From Basidiobolus meristosporus CBS 931.73 (Eukaryota > Fungi > Basidiobolomycota): 64,000 bases of DNA. The stretch's first letter is position 1. Each line of letters starts with the position of its first letter. Of the stretch, positions 1 to 13,000 are shown one piece after another. The translations under genes and the position numbers were made by a program. The notes beneath the pieces were generated by a model, which was given only the letters and a program-made list of their open reading frames with translations, had not been told where the DNA came from and did no database searches. The stretch covers positions 62,001 through 126,000 of the forward strand of contig MCFE01000129.1 in assembly GCA_002104905.1 (NCBI GenBank), read 5' to 3'.

Positions 1-1165
1 AGACCTGACGGTGATAAAGGAAAAGGTAAAGGGAAAAATGTCTACCCAAGCCTGAGACAGGGAGGCATACAAAAAAAACTGCAATTCTTGCCAATTAATC
101 TCACAAGCCAGGAACCAACTGAATCCCATCATAACCTAGAATATTTAACAACAAGAAAACAGCTGTTTTTACAAGAGTTGGATGTGCAGCCAGTTGAGCT
201 ACACTCCAGCAAGGTAGATGAATTTGCTGAAAAAAGGCAATTTGTCTACCACATCATCCACAGCCTCCACAGCCTCCATTGTTGACAGAGTGGAGATCTC
301 ACTAACAGACAGGGCAACATTGTCAAGAGCTTGAAAGACTATCACAATGCATTCAGTGGAGCTTTGGAACCTCAACAGGCACACCAAGAGGTTGCAGCAC
401 TTCTTTAAGAGCAGTGCTCAAGAAAATGCGCTGGAATATTGCAAGGATTTATTGCAAAGACTAGCAGATGAGGAGCTAGACCTTGCAGTGCCAGCTGAAG
501 ACTAGGACATGTGGGAACCAGTGAGTGAATGGTGGCATAAAGCCATTGTGTTCCTGCCAAAGTTGTGGAACCAAAGCATTACAGCAGAAATACTTATTGA
601 GTGGTAGATTTAATGGAGTTACTTGTTGAGTGTAGGGTTGGGCTTAATGTTAGTATAGGGTATGGAGACTTGCATAGGTCAAAGCAATTGACAATTGAGG
701 TACAACTGAGGTTTCAACGGAAATAAATTAATCTGTATGAATAAAAAATATGAGAAACGCTTGAGTGAGGAAATAAGGAGTGCGAAAAAGAGGCAATTAC
801 CAATCATTTCACACAAATGTAGGAGGCAACTGGAGTTTCAACAGAAATAAGTCAATTTGTATGCATAAAAAGTAAGAGAAACAGCCAAGTCAGGAAGTAA
901 GGAGGGTAAAAAAAGGGATAATAGCCAATCAATGTACACAAACATAGAAAATAATCAAGTGTTTGGGATCAAGAAGAGAGCAAATTGGCAGGGAACCAAT
1001 CAAAAGTCAATTATACATTATTGTGATGAGAAATTTTGACTAATTTTGTTGTGAAATCTGGGGTGCAATTATTTTTCAATGGTCTCTGAATAGTGTCCTG
1101 ACAAGATTAGTACCTCTTAGTCACACAACTTTCTCTTTTAATGGGATTATCTCAATAATTTTTTG
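1..1165 (+). repeat. Degenerate unclassified repeat 'family A', copy 1 (3' part)
   Basis: Shares the peptide KQLFLQEL..Q.VELHSS.VDEFAEK and the downstream tail (GGAACCAATCAAAAG...GTGAAATCTG.GGTGCAAT) with copies at 2.2-3.8, 10.6-11.9, 15.8-21.5 and 29.4-30.2 kb. Confidence 0.7.
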
Positions 1166-1169
1166 TTGG

Positions 1170-1460
1170 ATACTGGCATATACCTAGAAAATTCTTGGAA
1201 CATTCTGGTCTCATTTAGAGTTCTATTGACATCTGGAACCTTCTAGAACACCATGATTAGTAATCACTTAATTAATGAGAAAAGCGTATAAGGAGGATAA
1301 TTCCTCAACAATGATTCATCATCCCTTTTATCAATATACCAACTGGTTGAATTAGTGGGATCACTGCTGCCTGCTGCTAAATGACCTTCCAGTCTCAGAT
1401 CTTAGGACACACACAGGACACCATGCTGACACCCAACTGACCTCTGAGGCACTACTTGTA
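1170..1460 (+). repeat. Dispersed LTR-like repeat fragment, homologous to ~13,890-14,190
   Basis: Shared blocks such as CTTCTAGAAC..ATTAGTAATCACTT and TCATCCCTT.TATCA in both places. Ends not resolved. Confidence 0.45.
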
Positions 1461-1810
1461 AGGAATACTCAGAGTAAGTATTTTATTATCTTTATTTCTT
1501 TGCCAAGTCCGTTCTTGTACAGGCAAAGCTGCTTTTCTGTCTTCGTAACTATTAACCACAGCTGCATTCTTATCAGGTCCCCGATGGTGTATTTTACAGT
1601 GGTTTTGATTTTAGAAGGTAAAGTAAATTATCATCTCGGAGGATACTGAACCCAGCACATACATTTGTCCAGGCACCAACTAAGCTGGGGATTGTAGCTC
1701 AATAGTTTTCCCTTCACATGCTTGTGACTTTATTACCCTTCAGCTTAGAATAGAGTCAAAACCAAGTATTCCTAGAAAGCTTTTATCAAAGATTTTTGTA
1801 CCTAGTAAAT

Positions 1811-2021
1811 AGACTTGTTCCATTGTGCCATTGATCATAGTGCCAGAAAGTGCTGTATATTTTGTTATTAATATGATATTTTAGGGTCATATGCATGTCA
1901 ATTTTGATCCCAAATTGGCACTGTATGGCGCCATCTGGCACTATGTTGCATGATCAGGCACCATCTGGCATGCTATGGCACTATTGGGCACTATGATCAG
2001 CCAGAATGATGGAACAAGTCT
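1811..2021. mobile_element. 211-bp MITE of the Harbinger/PHIS-like family
   Basis: Termini AGACTTGTTCCAT...GATCATAGTGCC and GGCACTATGATC...ATGGAACAAGTCT form ~33-bp imperfect TIRs. Flanked by AAT (1808-1810) and AAT (2022-2024). Internal TGGCAC(T/C)AT motifs. Confidence 0.85.
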
Positions 2022-2199
2022 AATGCCCCATAGACAAAACACTTGAGAAGTGTTGGATATATATCTCCCTTAGACTTATATGCAACCATGCCATAAGTTA
2101 GGTGATAGAAGTGTGTTAGGTGCAGCAGGTGTGCTCTGATGAAGAGGTTAGTAGACAGGAGGACATTGTCCTTTTGATTAAAAATATATATAAAATATC

Positions 2200-3790
2200 T
2201 AAGGTAGTAGTGAGTAATTCAAGAAAGAGGAATGATTCTACAGCGCAATATATGAACCCTATGAGAAATTATTGTGATGATTCCATGAAAAGGCCATCAC
2301 AAATTTAAAGTCCTGTGAGTAAGAGGTAGTGATCCCATCAGGGCACCATGCAACAACCATCAAAAAGTGATTGCACCTCAGATTTCACGAATAGTTTAGT
2401 CCAGATTTTTCATCACAACAATATATCAGTTGCTTTTGATTGGTTCCCTGCCAGTTTGCTCTCTTCTTGATCCCAAACACATGATCATCTTCTATGTTTG
2501 TGTACATTGATTGGCTATTATTCCTTTTTCTTACCCTCCTTACTTCCTGACTCAGCTGTTTCTCTTACTCTTTATGCATACATATTGACTTATTTCTGTT
2601 GAAACTCCAGTTGTACCTCAATTGCCAATTGTATTGACCTATACCAGTCCCTATACCCTACACTAAAATTAAGCCCAACCTCACACTGAATAAGTAGCTC
2701 CATTAAAATCCACCACTAAATAAGTATTTCTACTGTGACGCTTAGTTTCCATGACTCCGGCAGGTATCCAATGGCTTTATGCCATTATTCATTCATTGGT
2801 TCCCACACATCCTGGTGTTCAGCTGGCATTGCAAGGTCCAGCACCTCAACTGCTAGTCTTTACAATAAATCCTGGCAATATTCAGGTGCATTATCTTGAG
2901 CACTGCTCTTGAAGTGCTGCAAACTCTTAGTGTCCCTGTTAATGTTCCAAAATTCCACTGAATGTATTGAACTTGTTCTGCTGGATAGTGCTACATTGGG
3001 CATTATAATAGTCTTTCAAGTTCTTGTTGTTGTAGCCTTATCTGCCAGTGGGATCTCCACTCTGTTAACAGTGAAGGATGTTGAGGCTGTGGTAGACAAA
3101 TTACCTTTTTCTGCAAACTCATTTACCTTGCTGGAGTGTAGCTTAACTGCCTGTGCTCTCAGCTCTTGTAAAAACAGCTGTTTTCTTGTTAGTAATTCCT
3201 CTTGGTTATGATGGGAGTCAGTCAATTCCAGGCTTACAGCATTAATTTGCAATAACTGCAGTTTTTTATGCATCCCTGTCTCTGGCTGGGGCAGACACTT
3301 TTCCCTTTATCTTTTCCTTTATCATTGCCAGGTCTTTCACTGCTGCTTTGTCTGAGTTCTTCTTGTATTGATCTACATTTTCTCCTTGCAGTATTCTGCT
3401 CTGCTGCATCTGTTTGGCTTGCTTGTCCCTTCTTGGCGCTCTGCTGGCAGCTTGACACTTCTTAACCACTTCTTTTGTGCTCTCAGCCATAATTGTGGCA
3501 TGCTCCACAGAAAGCTGCTTGCTTCATCACTGCCAGGTCCTTTACTGCTACTTTGACTGAGTACTTCTTGGGTATTACAATGCTTTTTCCTTAATTAATG
3601 TTTTTCTGGTGCATCCATGTCTGCTTGCTTGTTCCTATTTGAAACTCTTCCAGCCACCTGACATCTGTTTGATGCTTGTGAGGAGCGTTTGGCCCTGATT
3701 GAAACAGGCTCTTAAGGAGGCTGCTGGTTTTTAGCCATGACACCCATGTACTTCTGCTTTTGATAGTTCCTGCTACTCTTGAGATACTTT
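2200..3790 (-). repeat. Family A repeat, copy 2 (inverted relative to copy 1)
   Basis: ORF 3016-3273(-) ..KQLFLQELRAQAVKLHSSKVNEFAEKGNLSTTAST.. and tail 2330-2720 are reverse complements of copy 1 segments. Confidence 0.7.
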
Positions 3791-3798
3791 CCTGGCAT

Positions 3799-4106
3799 AC
3801 TAAAACTTGAACTGATTTTTATTGAGGTTCCAACAGCTCCTTATATACATTTTGCCAGACCAATTGCTGACTAATTGTATTTCCTAATGTAGGTTGGGCC
3901 TGATGACTCATTAGATTGCATCATCATCACCCAATAAGATCTTACCTAATATATCTATTTCTGTCTGATAAGGATCTGCTGATTCATTTGCTGACCAATG
4001 CTACTGATTTCATAGATAGTACTGATGTACTGATAACCCAAAAATATACAAATTGATTTGACTCAAAACTGTTCTAACTTAAACATTCAAGCGGTAGATT
4101 GTAACA
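3799..4106 (-). repeat. gypsy-1 3' LTR (truncated)
   Basis: Aligns to 8368-8672 with ~22 substitutions and one 3-nt indel (manual count, ~92-93% identity). Confidence 0.9.
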
Positions 4107-4116
4107 TTCTCCCTTA

Positions 4117-5946
4117 CTAAAGTTGAGAGAGTTCTCCTGAATCTCTTTTCTTGTGATACCAATATCTTGATGGTTCAATATTATCAGCATGTCTTGCAAG
4201 CTTGAGTCTGTCCCTATGCACTAAGTCTTCCCGGATATTACCTTGTTTGTCCACCAGTTGGTAAGTTGCAAATGGACATTCTCTGATGATCATGAATGGT
4301 CCTATCCATTGTGGCTCAAACTTCTTCTGAGTGTTGTTTCTTAGCAATACAAAGTTCCCAACTGTAAATGCTTCTGGTGATATAGTCTGATCAAATCTCT
4401 GCTTCATCTTTTCTGCACTTTGAGATACTTTGGTCTGTGCCTCTTGACATCTTTGTTCTAATTGCTGGTGTCTACTTGGCTGACTAAGTTCATCTTCTAA
4501 GGCATCTGTAAGCTTGGGTTGTGTGAGATCTCCTGGAATCCTTGGTTCACATCCATACACTAAGTAAAATGGTGATTGCTGGGTGGTGTTGTGTACTCTG
4601 ACTCTGAATGCCTAGAGTGCTTGGTCTATATACTCATCCCATCTACTGACAACTCCATTTGCATACTTGGTCAGCATTTTTCCAAATAATCCATTAAACC
4701 GCTCAGTGACTCCATTAATTCTGGACTGATTTGCCAAGGTTTTCAAGTGTCTGATCTGCTGCACTTCCAGGTAAGCCTCTAATGTCTTTGCCATAAAGTT
4801 TGCTCCTCTATCAGATAAGATCTCCACAGGGCATCCAAACTTCATCAGGATCTCATGGTAAATGAAACTTGCAACTTCTTGTTCACTGGCTATTGGTACA
4901 GCTTTAGCAACTGGCCATTTAGTGGCATGGTCAATTGATACTAGGATCCGACGGCTGCATTTCCTGGTAGTTGGCAGTCTTCCAGTAAAGTCAATTCCCC
5001 ATCTCTCAAATGGTCTTACAGGCTCCAAAGGAAAGAGTTTGGCAATTTGTTGTGGCTGGCCTTGATTGATTTGGCAGTTTGGGCATGTCTTCACTATCTT
5101 CTCAGTATCTTGTTTCATTCTGGGCCACCATGCTCTGGCTTTCACAAGGCTATAGGTTCCTTCAATTCCAAGATGTGCATATCCATTGTGTAGCTTGTGT
5201 ATTAAATCCAGGCAAGCAACATAAGGACAATAGGCAATAGGGCTTCCATCAACAATTTGGTAGAGTGTTTCATCCTGTACAACAAATTTGTTGGCTTCAT
5301 CCTGGATTATCTTCTTTATCTCTTCATCCACCCCATTAGGAATGGCTTGGTCCCCCAAGTACTTTGGTAATAGGCTAGGCCAATCTGATTCATGCACCAA
5401 GTTGAGTTGTGCAACTTGATCTAATCTTGATAAGGCATCAGCAACCGTGTTGTTTTTTCCAGGGCAGTAGACAATCTCCAGGTCAAATTGCTGCATGTAT
5501 TCACTCCATCTTGTCATTCTTCTATAGAGTACCTTCTGAGTAAATGTATACTTGGGGGAGGCATGATCAGTCTTCACAGTGCATTTGACTCCTTCAATAT
5601 AGAATCTCCATGTCTTCAAACAGTGTATTATAGCAAGCATATCCTTCACATGGACTGGATAGTTTTGTTCTGCTGAGTTCAATTTCATGGATTCAAAGGC
5701 AACAGGGTAGTCCTTTCCCTTGTGTTCTTGGCTCAGCACTCCACCAATTGCATAATCTGAAGCATCTGTGCACAGATTGAGCTCTTTTCTGAAGTCTGGT
5801 ATTCTTAAGCTTGGCAGCTTAGCAAGTTCATTCTTGAGTGTCTGGAAGGCAGTCTCACAAGCTATGTCCCACTTGTAGGCATTGTCTTTCTTGAGGATAT
5901 CAGTTAATGGGGCTGCAATACTTGCAAAGACTTGACAAATCTCCAA
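4117..5946 (-). pseudogene. gypsy-1 RNase H-integrase (broken at ~4560-4612)
   Basis: RNase H motif LCTDASDYAIGGVLSQ. Zn-finger H..YAH...C..C. Catalytic WGIDF / SDRGANF / TERFN. GPY/F-like WIGPF motif in ORF 4117-4560. No chromodomain. Confidence 0.93.
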
Positions 5947-6905
5947 TAATAGGAAACCATTCCAAGGAAGGATCTGAGTTCTGATATGCTATGGGGCTGC
6001 TTCAAATTCTTGATAACTTCAACCTTCTTAGGGTCTAAGGTCACTCCTGTGCTAGTCACTATGTGTCCCAGGTATTCAACATGCTCCTTGAAGAATTCAC
6101 ACTTGGCTAGCTTGCCATATAGCTTGTTCTCTCTTAGTTTCTTTGAGACCTTGTCAATGTGCACCAAGTGATCCTCTTCTGTCTTGCTGTATATCAATAT
6201 GTCATCCAGGTAGATTATCACAAATCTGTCTAAGTACTCCTGAAAGACAGTCTGCATCAGCGTCATGAATGTTGCAGGGGCATTAGTGAGGCCAAAGCTC
6301 ATAACTAAGTACTTGTAATGTCCATATCTGGTCCTAAATGCTGTCTTAGGAATATCTTCTAGTTTCACCATAATTTGGTTGTATCCTGACATGAGGTCAA
6401 TCTTGCTGAAAATAGTGGCTCAACTAAGTTGGTCCAAAAGCTCATCAATCAAAGGTATGGGGTACTTATTTTTAACGGTAACTGAGTTCAGGGCTCTGTA
6501 TTCAATGCACATCCTAAGTGTTCCATCCTACTTTTTCACAAAAAGCACTGGTGCTCCCCAGGGTGACTTGCTGGGCCTGATGTATCCTTGCTCCAATAGC
6601 TGATCAATTTGTCTCTCCATTTCCTCCAATTCCAATGGACTCATTCTGTAAGGTGTCTTGCTCACTGGAGGGCTATCTTCTGTGTCAATGGCATGATCCA
6701 CGTCTCTGACTGGTGGTAGGCTTACAAGCTCATCTGGAAACACATCTGAACATTTCTTCAAGAGAGTCTGGACCTGCCGGGGTGCTGGGGTAGAGGAATC
6801 CTCCTGTAATACCACCATGAGGAACATCTTGGTACCTTTTCTAAGTGCTCTACAGAACTGGGTCTTGCTAAGTTCACTTGTCTCACACACACTAGAATTG
6901 ACCAA
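5904..6905 (-). pseudogene. gypsy-1 reverse transcriptase (frameshifted)
   Basis: GYIRPSKSPWGAPVLFVKK; TAFRTRYGHY; MSFGLTNAPATF; [11 protein letters not shown]. Confidence 0.95.
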
Positions 6906-7199
6906 GTTGAAATCCAGCCTGGCAGGTAATAGCTCATAGGTCTTGTTGTCTTTTTGGATCTGAGTAGCATGGGTTCTCCAGTTGATTGATGGATTACAAC
7001 AAAATAGCCAGGTTTTTCCAAGTACAAGGTCAAACTTGCAGTTCCCAAATATCTAAGCCTGTAGGTCTTCTTCATGGTCATTGATCTTCATTCTTACTGG
7101 CTAGGTAATATGGTTGATTATGTGAGAGTTCCCATCAGCTGTGGAGACTGAAGTTAATTTGGTGGGTTCCAAGTTGATTCCAGCTTTCAAAGCAAATTA

Positions 7200-8249
7200 C
7201 TCTGACATGTACTCATGTGATGCTCCTTAGTCAATCATGATCTTGGCAGGTACTCCATTGATTACTCCATTCAAGTATAATAGCTTTCCTGAGTTTGAGG
7301 TCATCTGGGATAGGTATTCTTCTGTCATGTGGAAGGTGAGTTCTGCGTCTTCTTCAAGCTCATCTTCCACATTACGGTGTTCATGGGACTCAATATGGTT
7401 GAAGGTTCTTGTTGGCTGGTATCCAATTCTTCTCTGAGGGCAGTACTTTGCAATATGTCCCTGCTGGTGGCAATTGAAGCAAAGTCCTTTCTTCTTGCAT
7501 TCTTCTGAGGTAGGATTCTTCTGCATAGCGTCTATTTCCATTGGTACTGCTTCTGACTGTCTTCTTTCATAATGATTGTAGCCTTTCTGATTAGTCACTG
7601 TAGGCTTCCCAACTCCAAACATAGCTGAGTCATAGTCAACGGCAATCTTGATGGCTTCTTCAATAGTCTGAGGTCTTTGGTAATTCACTTCCTTGCAAGT
7701 CCTTTCTTTCAACCCATCAAAAAAGTATTCAACTTGATCCAAGGGGTCCATTCTTTCAATTTGTCCAAGTAGACATCTGTACTCATAGATGTATTCTTGC
7801 ACCATTCCTCTCTGTCTGAGTATCTTTAACCTCCTTCTTAGTAGTGTCTGCTGGTGTGGAGGTTCAAAAGCATCCTGAATTTCCGACACAAACTCATTCC
7901 AGGTAGAGATTGTAGAGCATCCCATCATAGTGGCTGACCTGATCTTGTTGTGGTACCACTGTAAGGCTGCATCTGCCAGGTAAGAAGCTGCATAATACAA
8001 CTTGCTTTCTGGAGCAATTCCTTTAGCTTTAAAAGCTTCTTCAATCTGAAAGAGCCAAGTTCCCAGGTTTTCATTGACTCTGCCATGTTACCAGTTGACC
8101 TTCACACTAAAGTTGCTCTTGACAGGGCTTTGCTGGCTCTGAGCCATGGTAGTCATTTCTTGTTGCTGTTGGCTGAGGATCTGGAGTAACTGTTGCTGTT
8201 GGGCCAGGATTTGCTGCATGGCATTCTTCCATTCTTGATTGTCCCACAT
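7200..8249 (-). pseudogene. gypsy-1 gag and aspartic protease
   Basis: ATG at 8249 is in frame with ORF 7227-8000, with one internal TAA near 8090. CCHC knuckle CFNCHQQGHIAKYC. Protease active site reads ID*GAS (stop in place of Ser). Confidence 0.9.
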
Positions 8250-8307
8250 CTTGAGGGAGGTTTCTTCTTTCTTCAGGAGGGAGGTTTCTGGTTATTGCTG
8301 CTACCAA

Positions 8308-8672
8308 TGTTGCAAGTCTTGGTATAAGAGTTGTAGAGGAATAGGGAGTTTAGCTAGTATTGTATTCACTAAAACTTGAACTGATTTTTATTGAGGTTCC
8401 AACAGCTCCTTATATACATTTTGCCAGATCAATTGCTGACTAATTGTATTTCCTAATGTAGGTTGGGGCTGATGACTCATTTGATTGCATCATCACCCAA
8501 TAAGATCTTACTTAATATATATATTTCTGTCTGATAAGGATCTGCTGATTCATTTGCTGACTAATATTGCTGATTTTATAGATAATACTGATATACTGAT
8601 AACCTAAACATATACTAATTGATTAAACTAAAAACTGATCTAACTTAAACATTCAAGCGGCAGATCATAACA
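8308..8672 (-). repeat. gypsy-1 5' LTR (365 bp)
   Basis: TG...CA termini, followed on the minus strand by TTGGTAGC (tRNA-iMet-like PBS). Confidence 0.9.
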
Positions 8673-9200
8673 CTTGAACCAACTTTTTGCTATCTACCCT
8701 GATGATATCTTGATCCACTCTAAGATGCAAGATGAGCATAACTTTCATATAAAGAAAGCATGATCAAGCTTAGCATTACTGGTGGAAATACCCAGCTGGA
8801 AATATGAGAGTTGGACTAGAAAGCAGTTGAATATCAAGGTAATCTTATAAACTCTGGAGGAGCTTGGCCAGACCCCAAGATATATTGTCTGGGAATAATC
8901 CTGCTTCCATAAAAGAAGTGCAGCACCTCCTTAGATTTGCCGGCTTTTACTGTTGATTAATTGCAAACTAATGCAAGTTAGCAACTCCCTGGCAGAAGCT
9001 CAAACAGCACAACCTAACCTTTGCCTGGAATGAAGGACAATATGAGTCCTCTGATTACATTAAGATGGCCTCCTAATGTCTTCTTATGTAGATGCCATCC
9101 TGTCCTGGAAAACTCCCTGTTTGGTAAAAGTAGTTCAATCATTCCTTGAATATGCCAACTTCTACCATATATTCATTGCCAACTACTCTAAGATGATCAC
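8673..9200 (+). pseudogene. Older gypsy RT remnant abutting gypsy-1
   Basis: YPDDILIHSK and KEVQHLLRFAGFY. Bases 9095-9200 resemble 35820-35930 of gypsy-2. Confidence 0.7.
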
Positions 9201-10559
9201 TCCCTTATCAAAGCTTGTTGTCTCATTGCATATTAAGATTTGACTAGACTTAGTCATGGTACTGTTGTTTGGGGAAATAGGCTCACAATCCATCAGTGAA
9301 CCTTCTTTATCAGAGCTATCCCTCTGCATGTCATATTCAGAAGGCTGATGTGAGCCTAAAGGCATTACAAACCTACCTGACTCAGTTTGCACTAGGTGAC
9401 AAAGACGGCCCGATGCTAATACAGAAGTACCAACTGGCTGGCATGATAGTGTTGGTACAGTAGTGACTGGTCAATGGTCAAATATGACTTGTGTAGCAAA
9501 ACACTGACTATGATTGCCTTAATACTTCCTATGCTGTCTATGTGCTTCATGGCTGAGAGGGTTGCTACAATAGCCACATGGTCTTTTTTCTCATCTCCTA
9601 TGGCATTGAATCAAAGTGGTCTTGTCCTTGGGGCAATCAGTTTGACACTCAAGAATGTGATACTATTATATCACTTTTTTTCATTAATCATGCAAATTTA
9701 AGACAATCTTGTATTTGCAACATTCCACATACATGCATGCAATATTCAATGATGACCACCATGGTAAGCATTATAAATAATGTTTTGACACCACATTCAC
9801 ATATATATGTAGCACTGTTTTCCCTTTGGTTTCAATCACCCCCATATAAAGGCCACCAAAAAGTGAGGCAAAGTTGTCTGAATCCCTACCAACCTCTTCT
9901 GCTCACATCAGCAGGAGAGCTGCTGGACAACAGTTTTCTTTGACATTCAGCACAACAAGCAGGGGTGCATCCAAAAAAGGCCATGTTAACAGTGTGCCTA
10001 CTAAAGTCAATTATGCAGACACCTCAGGTGCTAAGTCAAGTGGCAATTAAGAACCTCTGTGGAGCTGCAAACTGACCATAATGCTTAGGCAGATGAGAAT
10101 ATAGCAAATGCGGTACTCTTGGTTGAAAACCAGAAAGTGACTATTGTAGCATATTAGCAAGTATGTTGTCAGCTCATACCAACGCATTACTGAGGTAATT
10201 TGTTGAAGTGGCAGATAGGATATATTTGAAGGCTCAGAGTAGTCAGGAAGTAGTCTAGAGCAAGGATGGGTGGATAATGCATGTACAGCAGTCATATCCC
10301 TGGTAGAGAATCAGTATTATTTCCGCAAAGAAGGAACCCAAGTAGCCCAATGCTGCAGCTAAGAATTGTGCTATTCCTCAATATAACAGCAAAGGATCAA
10401 TGCACAGTCTTTGAAGCTCAACAATAGTCCCCAGAGATAATGCCTACTGAAGAACCTATCACCGTGCTTGATATGTACTATGAGCATTTTCTTGGATGCA
10501 GACAAGCAAATGAATCTTGGGCCAGCATTGGTACTCCAAGGAATTATCACAATGATATT

Positions 10560-11900
10560 AGTAGCTATCCAAGATAGAAGAGCAAGTATGACATGGCTAT
10601 TAACTAGCAGCTTGCTTAAGAGGATGTCACAAGCAGGGCTAAAAGCCCAATGAAAGTGTCACCCAACTGCCAGGTGACTGTAAGAGTGCTAGAAAGGGAT
10701 AGGCAGGTAGATATTGATGCACCTGCATAACATTGTTGAGGAAGAAGAGTATTTCCACTCAAGAAGCACTTAGTCAAAGTAGCAGGGAAAGACCTGGTAG
10801 TGATATAAACTAGCACCTTCCTCAGGTGCCCATTACAACAAGGGCTGGAAGCTAAGTACAAGTGGTAAAGAGCTGTCTACCTGACAGAAGAGTGCCAACA
10901 AGGAACCAGAAGGCAGAAACAGATGCACCAGTGCAGCATTTATCAAGAAGAAAATGTAGTTAAATACAGGAAGCCATCAGACAAAGTATCATTGAAAGAC
11001 CTGGTAGTAATAAAGGAAACAGCAACACATTATAAGCTACCCAAACCAAAGACATGGAAGCTTAACAAAAGGCTGCAGTTGATGCCAATTAGTGCCTTGA
11101 GCCCTGAATAGGCTGAATTTGATCATTACTAAGCAGAATCATTAACTAGACAAATGCCATTTTTTCAAGGATGGGAAGTGCATTTGGCTGAGCTACACAA
11201 TATTGAGGTAGATGAGCTTGCAGAGAAAGGCAATTTGTATACCACAGCTTCCATGTCATCCATTGAAGACCAAGTGGAGATCCTACTCACAGATAAAGCA
11301 ACAGCATCACAAACTCAAAAGGTTGTTGGAAAGCTAGCTGAAGACCCAGATATATGGGAACTAATGAGTAAACAATACCATCAAGTTGTGGGGTTTTTGC
11401 TGAAGTCATGGAAAAAGGGTTTTTGAGAGTAAGACTTATCGAATGGAGGATTTTGATGGTACCACTTGTTGAGTGTGAGGTTGGGCTTTGTATCAGTGCT
11501 GGGTATAGGAACTTGTCTAGGTGGATAAAATTTGAAATCAAGCTACAACTGATGATTGGAAGGAGATAAATTAACTTGTCTGTGTGAAAAGTAAGTATAT
11601 TGTTTGAGTCGGGAAGAAAGGAGTGTGAAAAAGAGACAATAGCCTACCAGTAGACCTAAGTGTAGCAGGTGACCAATTGGTCAGAATCAGAAAGTGAAAG
11701 AATTGACAATGAACCAATCAATAGCCACTCATGTGTTGTTGTAATGAAAAATTTTGACAATTTTTTTTCTGGGACCCAATTTTTCATGAGTAATCTTTAC
11801 ACAGTGTCTCAATGGCTTCAAGACCACTTGGTCATGGGAATTAAATTTTGTGACCGCATTTTGATGGCATTATCACAATTATTTCTCAAAGGGTATGACT
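10560..11900 (+). repeat. Family A repeat, copy 3 (internally deleted)
   Basis: ORF 11154-11426 EVDELAEKGNLYTTASMSSIEDQVEILLTDKAT. Upstream block AGAAGAGCAAGTATGACATG.CTA.TAACTAGCAGC is shared with 15846. Confidence 0.65.
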
Positions 11901-12171
11901 GATGATTCAAAAAAAATAAATTAATTTTTATGGGTCATGAGTAAGTACATCAATTATGATGGCAATTAAGGAGTATCTGGTGAAAGCAAGAGCCACCCCA
12001 TTTAAATAAATATAGGAAAAGATTTGTATATCTTGGATCACAAAGTTAGAGCAATAACAGAGAACCAATTGAGAGCTACCTATCAATTGATGTAATAAGG
12101 TTTTTTACCTAGTTTTTTGTGAAATCAGAGGTGGTATGCTTTTCCAGTGGCTTTCCCATAGTGTCCTCATA

Positions 12172-13000
12172 GCTGCCTTCACAGTTTTGGAGATATGGGA
12201 AGTGATTAGAAGGACAAGTGGATTATGTGGCTTTCAATCAATGAATAGTTGAATATAAAAGTAATATCTATACTCTTACATGGTCTTAGCATGATTAAAG
12301 TGTGGAGTACACTTAGGAGGTCCCAAAAACATCTGTGCAAAGTGTATGGCTGCTTGGACAACATTGAAAATCTACATCTTTGTACCTGATATTTGAGTGA
12401 AATTATTCCAAGTGAATCCCAACAAAGTTTTTGGCCAGTGTTCTGTAAGATTTGTAGGTGATGATCTAAGTGACTAATCAAGGTGAATATTCAGGTGTAA
12501 ATACATACCTTTACAAAACTCTCACTCAACTAAATATTCATACTGATTAGTCCTACTTTTGACCTAGAATATTTGCATGTTTCTCTAGCAAAAAGCTTTT
12601 TACATATATCTGCAATGGTTTCACCTGTAGGACAATAAGCTAAGCTAACCAAGCTGTTCTCCTAAGCTTCATGTAAGAAGTAATGTCTAATATCTATGTG
12701 TGTAGCTCTATCAGGAAAAGTATGATTTTTTCTGATTGCATGCATCTTTGATTATCTTGAAATAATGTGTTAGGCAGTTTTTGACAAAAGCCCAAATCTT
12801 TGATGAGCTTCCTTAGCCACATTGCTTGCTACCTTTGTAGGCTCACATAGTGCCATATGCCCCGCTTCTGTGGTAGAAAGTTCCATGGTTGGTTGCTTTC
12901 TTGATTCCATGATATTGCTCCTTTACAGTACCCTATGAATATTGATGTGGTCTCATAGGTCAATCCAATCCATATTGGCCATCAGGATCCCATCAAGAAG
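12172..13000 (-). mobile_element. Ty1/copia remnant: RNase H C-terminus, PPT and 3' LTR (~12172-12518)
   Basis: Minus-strand KQPTMELSTTEAGHMALCE, RATHIDIRHYF, YCPTGETIADI. PPT-like CTCTCACTCA at 12519-12528. LTR is homologous to 26136-26485 and 38749-39097. Confidence 0.8.

Larger units (their letters stand above)
3799..8672 (-). mobile_element. Ty3/gypsy LTR retrotransposon (gypsy-1), near full length, degenerate
   Basis: Order gag-PR-RT-RNaseH-IN. 5' LTR 8308-8672 (TGTTAT...GCAACA on minus) is followed by PBS-like TGGTAGC. PPT TAAGGGAGAA precedes the 3' LTR, which spans 4106 down to ~3799 and is truncated by ~60 bp. Confidence 0.95.

Noticed and set aside
481-540. Apparent zinc knuckle C-S-A-S-R-R-L-G-H in an alternative frame of family A after TGA>CGA repair
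   Set aside because: The His codon is CAT, TGT, TGT or TAT in four copies, so the ancestor was CGT (Arg). The second Cys is never present. The other frame is open without repair.
1810-2022. TA target-site duplication (Tc1/mariner MITE) interpretation
   Set aside because: It fits this copy only. The 25067 and 31300 copies lack a left TA, while a 3-bp TSD model fits all three, and the associated transposase is Harbinger-like.
2510-2580. Tc1/mariner-like LFLPPYSPDL-type motif in the family-A tail
   Set aside because: It needs frameshifts in every copy and lies antisense to the conserved frame. No DDE context was found.
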